This document shows positions 62,298-64,000 of a DNA stretch of 64,000 nucleotides, piece by piece. Each line of letters opens with the position of its first letter. The stretch's first letter is position 1. Below the pieces are notes generated by a model. The model had not been told where the DNA came from and searched no databases. It saw only the letters and a program-made list of their open reading frames with translations. Source of the stretch: Octopus vulgaris (taxonomy: Eukaryota); assembly GCA_951406725.2 (NCBI GenBank), contig OX597822.1, forward strand, positions 36,146,001 through 36,210,000. The letters are read 5' to 3'. Position numbers and translations under genes: made by a program.

Positions 62298-62737
62298 CAA
62301 GAAATATGTATTTCTCCTATATTTTGTCATGCAGTGTGAGTGTGTGTGTTTAAAGTATTATTTTTCATTTTTTAGTAAATTCAAATTAATAAATATGCTC
62401 AAAATGTACACCCACTCCACTCAAGTCAAGTCCTCTTCAACAAGAAGAGGAACATGACAACCATTGACCTTGGCAGGCCACCCCAAAACTATGAATCATC
62501 TGACATGATAAACAACAATTGGGTGACATAAAAATACATCAACAGCATCTCAAGGCATGCCTATGTATGAATCAGGTTGACAACAAATATCAGCCGAGAG
62601 AGGGAGGGGGGGAAGGGTCGGCTAGTTGGGAGTGATGAAACTGCTTTCAGAATATTAACTATTTTGGGAAATGGAACAAACTGTGAACCACCGAGAGAGA
62701 CAGAAAGATGTGAAAGAACCAACTAATTCAAAGCTAC

Positions 62738-62783
62738 AAAACTCTACCAAAACAGCTGTAATAAATTCCAAACCCAATTTGTG

Positions 62784-62831
<48 letters not shown>

Positions 62832-62879
62832 AACATGAATGGGGTTTAGAATTTACTACAGCTGTTTTGGTAGAGTTTT
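62738..62879. repeat. Near-perfect palindrome centred on (TA)n
   Basis: Outer 23 bp perfect (AAAACTCTACCAAAACAGCTGTA), about 26 further imperfect bp, self-complementary (TA)n core. Confidence 0.9.
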
Positions 62880-63239
62880 ATTGATGTATTCATATATATA
62901 TATATTATATATAAATTAGAGATAAAACCATTATTAGGCAAATCAAACAGTGAAAATCATAAGCCAATAACATAGAAATAAAATTAATTAAAAAATATAA
63001 AATATAAAAATCCAATTAAAATATTTAAATTAAAGTTAAAATTTTTAAAAATTATTTAAATTAATAATTTAAACTTATAAATTATAAATATATATTTTTA
63101 TTATTATTTTATTTAAGTATTTATTTTTTAAATTTTTATTTATATTTTTTATATTTTTATATTTTTTATATTTATTTATTTATTTTTTTTAACTATCAAA
63201 AAGTATTAAAAGTTTAATATAAGATAAAGAGTATAAAGA

Positions 63240-63240
63240 G

Positions 63241-63334
<94 letters not shown>

Positions 63335-63341
63335 TACATAC

Positions 63342-63394
<53 letters not shown>

Positions 63395-63397
63395 TAA
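63240..63397. repeat. Long (TA)n/(CA)n microsatellite; similar tracts at about 15413-15466, 39707-39804 and 43257-43436
   Basis: Seen directly. Confidence 0.95.
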
Positions 63398-63590
63398 ATT
63401 CAGCAGGTATGAAAGGTAAATTTATATTTATTTAACCACATGACTTCCTGAGGGTTTTTGCAGCCTCCTTCATGTAGTATTAATTTCAGTATGCAAGAAA
63501 ATATGTGTACATGTTTGCATTAAGATGTATGCTCAGTATATATATTAATTCATATCTTATACTATTAAATTATACATACACACACACATA

Positions 63591-63820
63591 CAGGGTAGGC
63601 CAAAAGTCACCCGACAGTAAATCAAAACCATTTAATTCTAAGATTTATTTATGTTTAACAACTGAATGAATTCAATAAAAGCATCTAAATTTGAAACATC
63701 ATGGAAATTGTTCAAACTGAAGTTCTTGAGCAACACATTTTTCCTTTCAAGTCAATACAGAATTACAAATACCATTTATAGAATTTTGATTTACTATCAG
63801 GTGAATTCTGGCCAACCCTG
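63591..63820. mobile_element. Tc1/mariner-type MITE
   Basis: 37-bp TIRs (5 mismatches) starting CAGGGT(A/T)GGCCA; TA on both sides. Confidence 0.9.
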
Positions 63821-64000
63821 TATATAGCTGTGTGATTAAGAAGCCCACCCCACAACCTGATGGTTTCAGGTTCAATATCACTCTGTGGCACCATGGGCAA
63901 GTGTCTTCTACTATCTCTGAACCAATCAAAGCCTTGTGAAAGAGCATAACAGACAGAAGCTGAAAGAAACTCATTATAAATATATGTATGTGTATGCATA

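Overview
AT-rich, repeat-dense animal genomic DNA. The SINE repertoire and microsatellite load look like a coleoid cephalopod (Octopus-like); this is inferred from recalled repeat families, not from a search. Almost all ORF-track entries are spurious reads of microsatellites and SINEs. One real protein-coding gene is visible on the minus strand: a first coding exon (13804-13121, ATG at 13746) encoding a 208-aa segment with about five internal repeats, a frame-preserving 33-nt microexon (8623-8591), and a probable next exon running off the left edge (40-1). The rest is a mosaic of tRNA-headed SINEs, 3' ends of an RTE-like element, decayed RLE-type LINE fragments, and nested piggyBac-, hAT-, Tc1/mariner- and Helentron-like non-autonomous DNA elements. 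The main unexpected signal is six type I hammerhead ribozyme motifs in five different settings: (i) a ~356-nt tandem retrozyme-like repeat whose two hammerheads sit in a long covarying hairpin and both carry A at core position G8; (ii) a tRNA-headed SINE-like element carrying a hammerhead, whose predicted 3' cleavage product appears separately as a TSD-flanked 60-bp insertion at 56209-56268; and (iii) three further hammerheads with palindromic stem III. All structures were paired by eye; no folding or database search was run.
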